Positions 9,436 through 18,984 of a DNA stretch of 64,000 bases are shown here, piece by piece. Position 1 is the stretch's first letter. Each line of letters begins with the position of its first letter. The notes under the pieces are model-generated. The model saw only the letters and a program-made list of their open reading frames with translations, was not told where the DNA came from and made no database searches. Source of the DNA: an uncultured Bacilli bacterium (GTDB taxonomy: Bacteria > Bacillota_I > Bacilli_A > RF39 > UBA660); NCBI GenBank assembly GCA_947626095.1, contig CANQQV010000003.1:1-64000 (forward strand), read 5' to 3'. Made by a program: the position numbers and the translations under genes.

Positions 9436-12400
9436 TTAGAACTTCTTTTCATATGATAAAACTTTATCTAACTTAGTCAATAAGATAATTAAAGTCACTA
9501 ATACAACAGTTATTAAGCATCTTAATGAATGAATACTAAGAGCAATTGAGTTAGCTTCAATACCTATAAAGTCAACACCAGTATATGGCGGAGCACTTTC
9601 ATATGAAGAATTATTACTTGGTTTCTTATTATTCTGTTGTTCTACTTTATTTGGTTTATTTTCTCCAGTACTAGGTTTTAACTCTTCATTTTGTTTACTA
9701 TATGCTCCTGCTGATATAATATCCAAAGCATTAATATAAACTTCTTGATCTTTTTTATCTAATTTATTAACTAAGCTTAATACTTCATTATAAATATCAG
9801 GTGAGGTAAATGGATTTGCAAAATCTTCTTCTTTTTTTTCACTTAATAATTTATCGATATATGTCTTAATATCATCAGAATATTTTTGATATAGTTTATC
9901 TTTATCATTAGTTAATGATTCTGGTACTAAACCATATTTAGTAACAACAAAAGTAATTTCATGATCTTTAAAATCTTCATTACTTAGTTTAGTTATTTTA
10001 CCAGTTAAACCATTAGTTACACGAACATCTTCTTTATTACCTAAATAATATATTTTAAGTTTATATCCTTCTTTAACCGGGACTTCTTTATTAGTTACTT
10101 TGTCTTTAACCCATGTATCATACCAATAACGTTGAACACTATTTTTATATACTTCTTTATTATCATTATCTAAAACAGTTAAAGAACTAAATAATACGGT
10201 ATTATCATTTCCACTATTTGGATAAGTATCACCATAATTGAAAACTAAATTATTTCCTACTAAATCTATTTTAAATGGTGTATAATCTTCACCCCAATAA
10301 CCACGTGTTCTAATACTTGTTTTAAAACCATAATCTAAATCATTAATTGGTTTGTAATTTACTTCATAAGTTTGAGTTCCTGAATCTTTAACGATAATAT
10401 ATAAATTATCATAATCTAAGGCTTCCTTAGATTTAGGAAATGCTACTTTATATGTACCTATTGGTAATTCAGTAGTAACAGTTTTATCTTTGATAGTAAT
10501 TGTTTTAACTGTTTTTCCCCCATCATTAATCGTAATATTTTGATTTTTGATATTATCTAGATTAGCAATATTAATATTAAATGTTACTTTACCTGTTAAG
10601 TTAGTATCTTTTAATTCGTCTGTTGAAACCAAATCATATAAACCAAAATTATTTAATTTAGTTTTTAATTCTTGACCTTTAGTTTCATCAGTTAACATTT
10701 CTTTCATATAATAAATAGTTGGTAATGGTTTAGCCATTAATTCATCTTTAACATTATCAGATACAGTAATACCCCATGATTCAATATATGGAACAACATT
10801 AACATTATATTTTTCAGCTAAAGCTAAGGCCCAAACATCAGTTGTTTTCATTCTAGTACCTGTTTCGCTATACACACGACGATAATATTGATTAATATAA
10901 GCATAAGCTTCTTTATAATCATCAAAATAATTTAACATATTAACAATAGCATATAACATCCCAGCGGCCCCAACATTACCTTCACCATTATCTAAGAATC
11001 CTTTACCATCTTGACGAGCTTTATTATATTCATTTTCTTTAGTGGCTAATGATAACCAGTTATCGTTATATTTATTTAATTCTGGCGTATAAGTTTGAAT
11101 ATAGTAGCAGAAGATATTAACCCCTACTTCTCCTATAGGTAAACCACCAGCATTACCACCAACTTGAGCTTGATAACCATGACCAACTTCGTGTAAGTTT
11201 CCCCAACCATATTGGAAAAATGACCAGTCATGTTCTTGGTTAATACCTACATGATCACCACTAGCATAGTAAGCAGCCCCTGCTCCATGTTTATTTGCTT
11301 TACCAAAATATTTAGTTTTAACATTTTGACTTAATTCATCGACTGGATGATCATATGATAAACCAATTAAATCATCGTAATGATCCATTACTTGGTCCCA
11401 CCAATTTAAATAGTTATCTAATGATTCATATGGTTTACCACCAGGGTATTTAGTTTCAAATAATTTATCATGGTCAATATATGGCACAGATATCATATAA
11501 GAAGCTCCATCAATAATACTATATGAGTTTTCATCTTCAGCCCATTCTTTTAAGAATGTTTCTTGATATGTAGCCCCATCACCTTGATGATAATAATGTA
11601 ATCTTTTTGTTTTAACATTTGTAGTATCATATTTTATTTCATATTTAACAACATCAGTTTGTTTATATAAAGTTTTAATAGTTGGTAAACTAACATAATT
11701 AGTACTAACACCATCTGTAGTAACAACATTTTTGATATTTACCCAACCTTCTAAGGCTTCAGTTAAGTCTAACTCTTTAGCTAACTCTTCATCAGTAATA
11801 GTTTCTTTTGGATTGCTTTCAGTTCTTTTAGTTTTTTCATCATTAAGTTTTTTCTGAACTTCTTCAATAACTTTATCTTTACTTTGTACTTTAATTTCAC
11901 TTTCAGTATTTTGATCATCATTTTGTAATTTAACAATTAAATCGCCACCACTAATATGACGCATTTGAAATTCACCATCAAGATCTAAAAATAAACCAAC
12001 AATTTGACGATCCATATTATTACCACGTGTATATCCCAAATTATTTAAATGATCAACTGATGGCAATGAATACATTGTTCTTTCAATATTAATCTCGGTT
12101 GTACCTTCAACAACCTTAACTGGTACTTCAATAGTCGAAGTATTATTATGTGAATCAGTTACTTCATAAATTACTTTGTATTCGCCAGCTTTTGTTGTAT
12201 CTATAGTATCTAAAGTTTTCTTTATTTTAGTTGTTAAGTCACCATCTTCCATGTCCTTAACAAAAATTCTAAAACGTGCATCATGTTCTAGATCAATAGT
12301 AGTTCCAACTGGAACAGTTATTTTAGTAGCACCATAAAAGAATGGTTTATTCTTGACACTCCAATATTCTTCTTTTGGAACATAACTACTTTTTTCTTCG

Positions 12401-12504
12401 GTAGTATTTTCAGGAACAATATTACCAAAAGAGATTGGTATAAACAGATTAAATAATAAAGCAATAATTAAAAATATATTACATATACGTACTAATTTCT
12501 TCAT
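9436..12504 (-). CDS. Surface M60/enhancin-like zinc metallopeptidase (putative mucinase)
   Basis: Signal peptide, Ig-like domain (DMEDGDLT...YEVTDS), WGNLHEVGHGYQ with downstream GEVGVNIF, and C-terminal PPYTG followed by a hydrophobic segment and basic tail. Confidence 0.85.
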   Translation of the reverse strand: MKKLVRICNIFLIIALLFNLFIPISFGNIVPENTTEEKSSYVPKEEYWSVKNKPFFYGATKITVPVGTTIDLEHDARFRIFVKDMEDGDLTTKIKKTLDTIDTTKAGEYKVIYEVTDSHNNTSTIEVPVKVVEGTTEINIERTMYSLPSVDHLNNLGYTRGNNMDRQIVGLFLDLDGEFQMRHISGGDLIVKLQNDDQNTESEIKVQSKDKVIEEVQKKLNDEKTKRTESNPKETITDEELAKELDLTEALEGWVNIKNVVTTDGVSTNYVSLPTIKTLYKQTDVVKYEIKYDTTNVKTKRLHYYHQGDGATYQETFLKEWAEDENSYSIIDGASYMISVPYIDHDKLFETKYPGGKPYESLDNYLNWWDQVMDHYDDLIGLSYDHPVDELSQNVKTKYFGKANKHGAGAAYYASGDHVGINQEHDWSFFQYGWGNLHEVGHGYQAQVGGNAGGLPIGEVGVNIFCYYIQTYTPELNKYNDNWLSLATKENEYNKARQDGKGFLDNGEGNVGAAGMLYAIVNMLNYFDDYKEAYAYINQYYRRVYSETGTRMKTTDVWALALAEKYNVNVVPYIESWGITVSDNVKDELMAKPLPTIYYMKEMLTDETKGQELKTKLNNFGLYDLVSTDELKDTNLTGKVTFNINIANLDNIKNQNITINDGGKTVKTITIKDKTVTTELPIGTYKVAFPKSKEALDYDNLYIIVKDSGTQTYEVNYKPINDLDYGFKTSIRTRGYWGEDYTPFKIDLVGNNLVFNYGDTYPNSGNDNTVLFSSLTVLDNDNKEVYKNSVQRYWYDTWVKDKVTNKEVPVKEGYKLKIYYLGNKEDVRVTNGLTGKITKLSNEDFKDHEITFVVTKYGLVPESLTNDKDKLYQKYSDDIKTYIDKLLSEKKEEDFANPFTSPDIYNEVLSLVNKLDKKDQEVYINALDIISAGAYSKQNEELKPSTGENKPNKVEQQNNKKPSNNSSYESAPPYTGVDFIGIEANSIALSIHSLRCLITVVLVTLIILLTKLDKVLSYEKKF

Positions 12505-12599
12505 AAGCAACCCCCTAATATGTATTAATTGTATTATAAGGAATAATTTCCGTCAATTTTTGCCCTATTTTTCGTAAAAAAACTAAAAAAAAGAAGCTC

Positions 12600-13742
12600 T
12601 TACTCGGAACTTCCATTAAACTTTTCTTCAAGCATCTTAATAGGTTTTGATTTATCTTTCATAATACCTGAAATAGACTCGTCATGATGAATTGTATAAA
12701 TTATTTCAGCTACTTCTTTAGAACAATCACAAACATGTAACCATTTATATTTTAAGTATTCTTTAGGAATATAAGATAAGTTAGTAGTATATAAGCCATC
12801 AAACTTACCTGCTTTATAGTATTCTTCAAATTTTTCGACACCTTTAGTAAATAAAGCATAAGTAACCATAATATATATTTTTTTTACATTACGCTTCTTT
12901 AACTCATCAATAACATCAAACATGCTACCACCACTTGATATCATATCATCCGAAACTATCGCTGTAAAACCATCAAGTTCAGGATTACCTGAATAATCAT
13001 GTGATATAACTGGATATTTACCATCTACTAAATGATTATAATCTCTTTGTTTAACAAAACTACCAGCTTCACGATGAATATGATCATAGTTAAAGCTATT
13101 TAAATAAACATTACGTCTACCAGTAGCTCCATTATCAGGGGCAACAAAAACTAACTTTTTTAAACTACTTTTAGATGAATCATTAATAAAAGCTTCTAAA
13201 ATAGTATTAGTTGCATAGAAATTATCAAATTCCATATTGCGTATCGCATGTTCTACTCCTTCATCATGAGCATCAAAAGTTATAAAACTTTTAACCCCAT
13301 TTAACATATCTAATTCATGTAAGGACATCCCACACATTAAATTTTCTCTAGTATTACGACGATGTTGTCTACCATCATAAAGTAGAGGCATTATAATATT
13401 GATACTTTTAGCATGACGATTACAAGCTCCTATTCCATCTTTAAGTTGCATCATAATATCATTAGGACTTGTATGATTTACTAAACCACGCATTTTATAT
13501 TCAATCGAATAATTACCTACATCAGTTAAAGTAAAAATATCTTTACCACGTACTGTTTCTTTTATCTCAACTTTTAAATGTCCGTCGTCAAAGAAGACCT
13601 CATTCATTGGTAATAAAAACGTATATTTTTCTTTATCTAAGCCATACATATCAAGAAGGTGATCATTTACTTTAGTACCTAAATCTTCAGCACTTTTAAA
13701 TACCATTAATCTTAAATTATCTTTTTCAACTAATTTTTTCAT
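12600..13742 (-). CDS. prs: Ribose-phosphate pyrophosphokinase (long clostridial type)
   Basis: ETVRGKDIF, MPLLYDGRQHRR, TFDAHD, VAPDNGA and DDMISSGGS. Confidence 0.88.
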   Translation of the reverse strand: MKKLVEKDNLRLMVFKSAEDLGTKVNDHLLDMYGLDKEKYTFLLPMNEVFFDDGHLKVEIKETVRGKDIFTLTDVGNYSIEYKMRGLVNHTSPNDIMMQLKDGIGACNRHAKSINIIMPLLYDGRQHRRNTRENLMCGMSLHELDMLNGVKSFITFDAHDEGVEHAIRNMEFDNFYATNTILEAFINDSSKSSLKKLVFVAPDNGATGRRNVYLNSFNYDHIHREAGSFVKQRDYNHLVDGKYPVISHDYSGNPELDGFTAIVSDDMISSGGSMFDVIDELKKRNVKKIYIMVTYALFTKGVEKFEEYYKAGKFDGLYTTNLSYIPKEYLKYKWLHVCDCSKEVAEIIYTIHHDESISGIMKDKSKPIKMLEEKFNGSSE

Positions 13743-13852
13743 TCCTACTCCTTCATCAGCAATATACTATTAAAAAATAAGATAAATCATAAACTCTATT
13801 ATCACCAAAACCCTTTCCTATTATCATTACACTAAGATTATAACACGACATT

Positions 13853-13884
13853 AAAAAAAGTAAACGGCCAAACGTTTACTTTTT
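13853..13884. terminator. Intrinsic terminator after the phosphotransferase gene
   Basis: aaaaagtaaacg-gccaaa-cgtttacttttt. Confidence 0.8.
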
Positions 13885-13938
13885 ATCTATTATTTTTAAA
13901 CTAGTTAAAATACTTAAAACTTAGTTTTAAATTTTTCA

Positions 13939-14934
13939 CTATGTAGTAAGATTTTTAATAATATTAGTTAAAGTTTCAATTAAATCTATATAACGATTTA
14001 TTTCTAAGATTGTTTTAGTAACTTCCTCTGTTGCAAGCTTTATTTCATCTTCATCATTAGTTATAAGACCTAAACTACGCTCTAAATTATAATGTAACCA
14101 ATTAAAACGATTTATTAAATTACCACAAATAACATCATACCAATCAATATCTGGTAATGGTCTTTCATTTAAATATGTCGTTATAAAAGACTTAAATTTA
14201 TCTTCCCTAAAATTATCTGTTAAGAACCCTGACCAACATAAAGCCACTTCTAATAGCTCTTGATAAGGACATGCCAAAGTAGCAGCTTCAAAATCAATTA
14301 CTACTGGTTCATTACCTTGCCACATAACATTTTTTGGATCTAAATCTTGATGCGATAAAGTATAATCTTTATTAATATTATTAAATCTCTCATTAGCTCT
14401 TTGTTGTAAAGAAACATATTTTAAATAGTTATTTAAGTATAGTTCTTGATAGGGCATTTGTTTAAAACTAGCCATTTTAGTATATGATGACCAATCATAA
14501 ATATCTGTATATTTCGTTATTTCAGGTATTAAATTTAACTTAGTATAATCTAAACTATGTATTTGTGCTAAAAGATGAGCTATCTTTTGACAATGTAAAA
14601 TTGTTATCTCTTCATCTTTTAAGACTTTACCTTCTACAAAGTCAAATACCATATAATACAAATCTTTATATTTATTTAAATAATTATTATTTATTTTTAA
14701 AGCATTAGATACTTTTATATTATTAAGTGCCAAATAATTAGAAATTGTTTCTGAAGTAACAAAATTATCATAAGCTTCAGGTCGATTCATAACTTCTTTA
14801 TTTAACACTTTAATGGCATAAATCTTTTTTGTTGTTTCAACTTTATACATTTGGTGCATTAAACCACCAGTTAATTTCGTAATCTTTAAAACTTTACCTA
14901 AACCATAAGTATCACAAAAACCATCAATATTCAT
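13939..14934 (-). CDS. Aminoglycoside-phosphotransferase/choline-kinase-like phosphotransferase
   Basis: TGGLMH, AIK, Brenner motif HQDLDPKNV and IDFE. Starts 4 nt after the rsgA stop. Confidence 0.85.
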   Translation of the reverse strand: MNIDGFCDTYGLGKVLKITKLTGGLMHQMYKVETTKKIYAIKVLNKEVMNRPEAYDNFVTSETISNYLALNNIKVSNALKINNNYLNKYKDLYYMVFDFVEGKVLKDEEITILHCQKIAHLLAQIHSLDYTKLNLIPEITKYTDIYDWSSYTKMASFKQMPYQELYLNNYLKYVSLQQRANERFNNINKDYTLSHQDLDPKNVMWQGNEPVVIDFEAATLACPYQELLEVALCWSGFLTDNFREDKFKSFITTYLNERPLPDIDWYDVICGNLINRFNWLHYNLERSLGLITNDEDEIKLATEEVTKTILEINRYIDLIETLTNIIKNLTT

Positions 14935-14938
14935 TTAA

Positions 14939-15925
14939 TCACTTCCTTTTTATTTCACTTATTATTTTACAATAACTTTCATATCTTTCTTGACTAATAT
15001 TTTTCTTAACTTCTTGTTTAATCGCACAAGTATTTTCCGGTTCATCATAATGCAAACAATTATGATATTTACATAAATTATTATATGGTCTAAATTCTTT
15101 AAAATAATCTTGAATATCTTCAATCTTAAATTTTTTTAAATCTAAACTTCTAATCCCTGGTGTATCAATAATTCCCGAATTATCCTGCCATAAATAATAT
15201 TTAGAAGTTGTCGTTGTATGACAGCCTCTCTTACTTTTATCACTTACACTATTAGTTCTTATAACATCATCATCTAATAAATAATTAGTAAGTGATGATT
15301 TACCTACACCACTATTACCAACTAAAATACAAGTTTTATTTAGTAATCTCTCTTTTAAATCATTTAATCCTTCTTTAGTTTTTGTCGAAGTTTTAACAAC
15401 TTCATAACCTAACTCTCCATAAAAATCAATTATCTTTTGTTCTTTCTCCGTAACTAAATCATATTTATTAAAACAAATAATAAAAGGAATATTACTGTTT
15501 TCTAATAAAATTATATAACGGTCTATAAACTTCGGATGAACTGGTGGATCATTAACTGCCACTACAATAACTGCTAAATCAATATTAGTAGCCACTATTT
15601 TATTAGTTCCTATTGCCTTTAATTTAGTGCCATCTACTTTATCACGACTTAAAATATTTGTTCTTTCAATAATTCCTATTATTTCATTATTATCAATAAT
15701 TACTTTATCTCCAGGAAACACTATTTTATTTATCACATAATTAAATTTTTTAGCTAATGTAACTTCATTTATTTTATTATCTTTTAAAACATAAGCTTTC
15801 TGATAATTAGTTTCTATAACAATCCCATAATCATTACTTGTATAATCAAATTCTATTTCTCTCTTTTTTTCTTTTCTCTCTTTTTTAATATTTTCATATC
15901 TTTTATGATGTGTTATTTTAATCAC
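14939..15925 (-). CDS. rsgA: RsgA-family circularly permuted GTPase (probable paralog); true start may be ATA at 15916
   Basis: NKYD, GNSGVGKS, RGCHTTT, DTPG and Zn-finger CKYHNCLH...C. Confidence 0.9.
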   Translation of the reverse strand: MIKITHHKRYENIKKERKEKKREIEFDYTSNDYGIVIETNYQKAYVLKDNKINEVTLAKKFNYVINKIVFPGDKVIIDNNEIIGIIERTNILSRDKVDGTKLKAIGTNKIVATNIDLAVIVVAVNDPPVHPKFIDRYIILLENSNIPFIICFNKYDLVTEKEQKIIDFYGELGYEVVKTSTKTKEGLNDLKERLLNKTCILVGNSGVGKSSLTNYLLDDDVIRTNSVSDKSKRGCHTTTTSKYYLWQDNSGIIDTPGIRSLDLKKFKIEDIQDYFKEFRPYNNLCKYHNCLHYDEPENTCAIKQEVKKNISQERYESYCKIISEIKRK

Positions 15926-15951
15926 CTTTCCATTTTTATATTTTTATAATT

Positions 15952-15978
15952 AAAAAGAACTTACTTTATAGTAAGTTC
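15952..15978 (-). terminator. Attenuator terminator in the rsgA leader
   Basis: Minus strand GAACTTAC-tataaa-GTAAGTTC-TTTTT, located between the leader ORF and rsgA. Confidence 0.8.
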
Positions 15979-15997
15979 CACATCAAAGATACGATAA

Positions 15998-16060
15998 CTA
16001 TTTATTACCTTGTGTGATTATCTTACTATAAAGTTCATTTAAAACATTTATCTTTTTCAT
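15998..16060 (-). CDS. Leader peptide MKKINVLNELYSKIITQGNK (20 aa)
   Basis: Strong SD GAAGGAG and ATG...TAG. Its coding sequence is complementary to the downstream terminator. Confidence 0.7.
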   Translation of the reverse strand: MKKINVLNELYSKIITQGNK

Positions 16061-16085
16061 ATAATCACACTCCTTCACTAACTAA

Positions 16086-16114
16086 ATCGTACTATATTTA
16101 TTATTATTTGTCAA
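16086..16114 (-). promoter_or_regulatory. Sigma-A promoter of the leader-rsgA-phosphotransferase operon
   Basis: TTGACA-17 nt-TACGAT. Confidence 0.7.
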
Positions 16115-16117
16115 TTT

Positions 16118-17011
16118 CTAACGTTTAAAATATTTAACTGCTTTAGGAGCTAAAGACAAAGTAGGATTTAAATCATTTAAACGATTAATATCCATAAATT
16201 CATTGAGTAATTCTTCTACCGTATAGTTACCATCAAAGATTGATTGAATACGACTCTTTATATATTCTCTTGTTGCATTACTACCAAAATAATATTCCGC
16301 AAATAAATTATATGCTCTTACATCAGAAACAACATATTTAGAATCAATTAAAGCATCATCTTCACTTTTTTCTAATCTATTTTGCTTAAAATCCCTTAAT
16401 TCACGAGCTAAGGTTTCTATTTCATAAATTCTTCTTGAATCAAATGTTCTTAATATATTTTCTGATTTATCTAATAACTCAGCTAATTGAAGTTCTATAA
16501 ATACACTTAAAACTTCAGAATTATAATATGAACCAATCGCTCCATTTACTGAATCAACTTCGGCATGAGTTATTTCATGAGCATAAGAACTAGACGTTAA
16601 CTCTGTAACTAAACTATTTAATTCGATTCCAATAAAAGAAACATTTGGATAACTATCTTTTAGCTCTGTTATTAAACCACCATAAAAGGTATCACCACTT
16701 ACTGTTTTAGGAATAACCGGTAATTCAAAAGGACTTACATTTAAACGTTTAAATAGTTTTAAATATTTTTTATTAATTAAATATTTTAAATATGGTACAT
16801 CATGTGTTTTATAAAAAGCTCTAAAAAAGTTTTCTGTATCTGACAAAGCATCTTCAATATGCATTTGATGAACATGATATACTGTTTTATTAACCTCTAA
16901 TTTACCAATATGAGCAGCTGTAAAAATCAAATCCGTAGTTGGCACATATGGTTCTATCTCACTTATATAACCTCTTTTTCTTATTTGCTCTCTAATAGAA
17001 ATTTCTTTCAT
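16118..17011 (-). CDS. Hypothetical HEXXH gluzincin-like protein
   Basis: AHEITHAE followed by YNSEVLSVFIEL. Paralog of the upstream gene. Confidence 0.6.
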   Translation of the reverse strand: MKEISIREQIRKRGYISEIEPYVPTTDLIFTAAHIGKLEVNKTVYHVHQMHIEDALSDTENFFRAFYKTHDVPYLKYLINKKYLKLFKRLNVSPFELPVIPKTVSGDTFYGGLITELKDSYPNVSFIGIELNSLVTELTSSSYAHEITHAEVDSVNGAIGSYYNSEVLSVFIELQLAELLDKSENILRTFDSRRIYEIETLARELRDFKQNRLEKSEDDALIDSKYVVSDVRAYNLFAEYYFGSNATREYIKSRIQSIFDGNYTVEELLNEFMDINRLNDLNPTLSLAPKAVKYFKR

Positions 17012-17886
17012 TATAAACTCCTCCTTACATGTTTTTTAAAAATATCTTCATTTATACTATTTTCATATGTAATATTAAAATAAGCAAGCAATTCTTCTAC
17101 ACTCATAAAATGACTTAAAACTCTTTGAATTCCTACCATTATTGTTCTTCTTACATCAATATCACCATTTACATATATATCAAACAAATGATAAGCTTTT
17201 AACGTACTATGTAAATATGAAGTTCCTTCTAATAAAACATCTTGAATTTTGGGATTACTAGAATCATAATTATTTTCTAATTCTCTAATTATTTCTTTTA
17301 ATTCACGTAAACGATAAAAATCATGCGCATGTATTAAATTATAATTTGGACTTTCATAAGCTTCTATCAGTTCTAAAAAGATACTTAAAAACTCTACATT
17401 ATTATAGTCTTCAATACTACCTGGTATATGATTAAGTTGCGTATGAATAATTTCATGAGTATAAGCAAGTGGTGCTAACTCCGTTAAATCTTTAGATAAT
17501 TCAATCCATCGATATCTTAAGTTAGAACAAACTTCTGATCCTGTACCAAAAAGCAATACCTCACGTGAACAACCATAAAAAGCATCACTATCACCAACTA
17601 ATTTAACTGGTAAATCAAAAGGATGAACATATCTAGATACTTCAAAACTAAAAGTTAAAATATTTATTTTTCTTTCATATGGAATGTCACGTAATCTAAA
17701 ATATTTTAAAAGGAAATCATGACTCTCAGCTAAAACTTCTTTTTTTCTCATCGTTTTTACTTTAACTTCATCTTGTAAAAAAGGTTCAATCAAAGAAGCA
17801 ATCCTAATTAATTCTTTATTAGGTCGCGTTATAATTGGCAATTCATCATAACCACGACTTTTTATTTGTGTAGCATAACTAGTCAT
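17011..17886 (-). CDS. Hypothetical HEXXH gluzincin-like protein
   Basis: THEIIHTQ followed by NNVEFLSIFLEL. TAATG stop/start coupling to the next gene. Confidence 0.6.
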   Translation of the reverse strand: MTSYATQIKSRGYDELPIITRPNKELIRIASLIEPFLQDEVKVKTMRKKEVLAESHDFLLKYFRLRDIPYERKINILTFSFEVSRYVHPFDLPVKLVGDSDAFYGCSREVLLFGTGSEVCSNLRYRWIELSKDLTELAPLAYTHEIIHTQLNHIPGSIEDYNNVEFLSIFLELIEAYESPNYNLIHAHDFYRLRELKEIIRELENNYDSSNPKIQDVLLEGTSYLHSTLKAYHLFDIYVNGDIDVRRTIMVGIQRVLSHFMSVEELLAYFNITYENSINEDIFKKHVRRSL

Positions 17887-17912
17887 ATAAGTTCCCCTTT
17901 CATCAAGTGGAT

Positions 17913-17941
17913 ATTATAAAATAAGCTATCTAATATGTCAA
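17913..17941 (-). promoter_or_regulatory. Perfect consensus sigma-A promoter for the HEXXH pair
   Basis: TTGACA-tattagatagcttattt(17 nt)-TATAAT. Confidence 0.85.
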
Positions 17942-17959
17942 AAAAAAGGATGATATAAA

Positions 17960-18412
17960 TCATCTTTTCTTCTTAATTACTTCTACTTTATATTTTCTTA
18001 AAGTAAAGAGCGTTACCCGTTTACCACAATTAGGACATTTAGCATGATTAATCCCTCTTTTATTAGGTAATGGTAATTTTAATGTTGTCTTACAACTATG
18101 ACATTTTCGATATACATATTCCTTACGATCATGATAATTTCGCATCATATTCTTAAATGGTTTTTTAATTACACTAATCACTTTTAAGAATTTTTTATTT
18201 TCTTTATAACGTGCACTTTTATCTTTAGATATCAAGCGAAAAACAACAATAACAAATATTAAAATAGGTATTAAATCTAAAATAAAATTATGGGTAAATA
18301 AACTAACAATAAACATTATTAACCATAAAACTATTAATAAACGATTTAACTCATCAACAAAATGTTTAAATATATCTTTAATACTAGGTAACTGTCCATT
18401 ATTAAAAGGCAT
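17960..18412 (-). CDS. Membrane protein with C-terminal zinc ribbon
   Basis: Two TM helices, CHSC...LKLP...CPNC. Confidence 0.75.
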   Translation of the reverse strand: MPFNNGQLPSIKDIFKHFVDELNRLLIVLWLIMFIVSLFTHNFILDLIPILIFVIVVFRLISKDKSARYKENKKFLKVISVIKKPFKNMMRNYHDRKEYVYRKCHSCKTTLKLPLPNKRGINHAKCPNCGKRVTLFTLRKYKVEVIKKKR

Positions 18413-18426
18413 ATATAACCTTCTTT

Positions 18427-18975
18427 CTATTTAATCTTTTTCCCTTTATTAACAATATAATCTATATATGATATAAAATCTATTCCATAAGCTGGTTTTT
18501 GATATTCATATAATGCTAATGTTTTAAGTTCATCTTCAGTTAAAAACTCTTTACCATATTCTATCTGTTTTTGCCATATATCATCTAACAATTCTTCTAA
18601 TGTATCAAACCCCAAAATTCCTCTATTTAAACCATCAGCATGTTCAAAATGATAATATTTATTATTATCTTTATAAACTAAAAAAGTATGAGTTGGACCA
18701 GAATTAGGATATGGCAGACTAAAAATCATAAAATACGTTTTAAATTCATAACTATGTTTTGTAAACCAATCACGTTCTAACTCCACTTGATCAAAACAAT
18801 GACCTAATTTCGTTTTAAGTAACTCTTCTGGTGAAGACAAAGTCCAAGCTAAAATATTTTCTTCAAATTCATCTCCATTACCAACTATTCTTTTATTATT
18901 AGTAACAAAGCCATACTCTATTTCATCCATAAACTTAAGTAATTCTTCCGGTGTCTTTATATCTTCATACTTCAT
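18427..18975 (-). CDS. Transglutaminase-like (Cys-His) hypothetical protein
   Basis: LSSPEELL..GHCFDQVELER, THTFLVY and HFE. Confidence 0.6.
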   Translation of the reverse strand: MKYEDIKTPEELLKFMDEIEYGFVTNNKRIVGNGDEFEENILAWTLSSPEELLKTKLGHCFDQVELERDWFTKHSYEFKTYFMIFSLPYPNSGPTHTFLVYKDNNKYYHFEHADGLNRGILGFDTLEELLDDIWQKQIEYGKEFLTEDELKTLALYEYQKPAYGIDFISYIDYIVNKGKKIK

Positions 18976-18984
18976 CTAACTTAC

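Noticed and set aside
13756-13827. Possible 23-aa uORF (MIIGKGFGDNRVYDLSYFLIVYC) in the prs leader
   Set aside because: No SD for this ATG and no terminator or antiterminator structure seen. It cannot be distinguished from chance.
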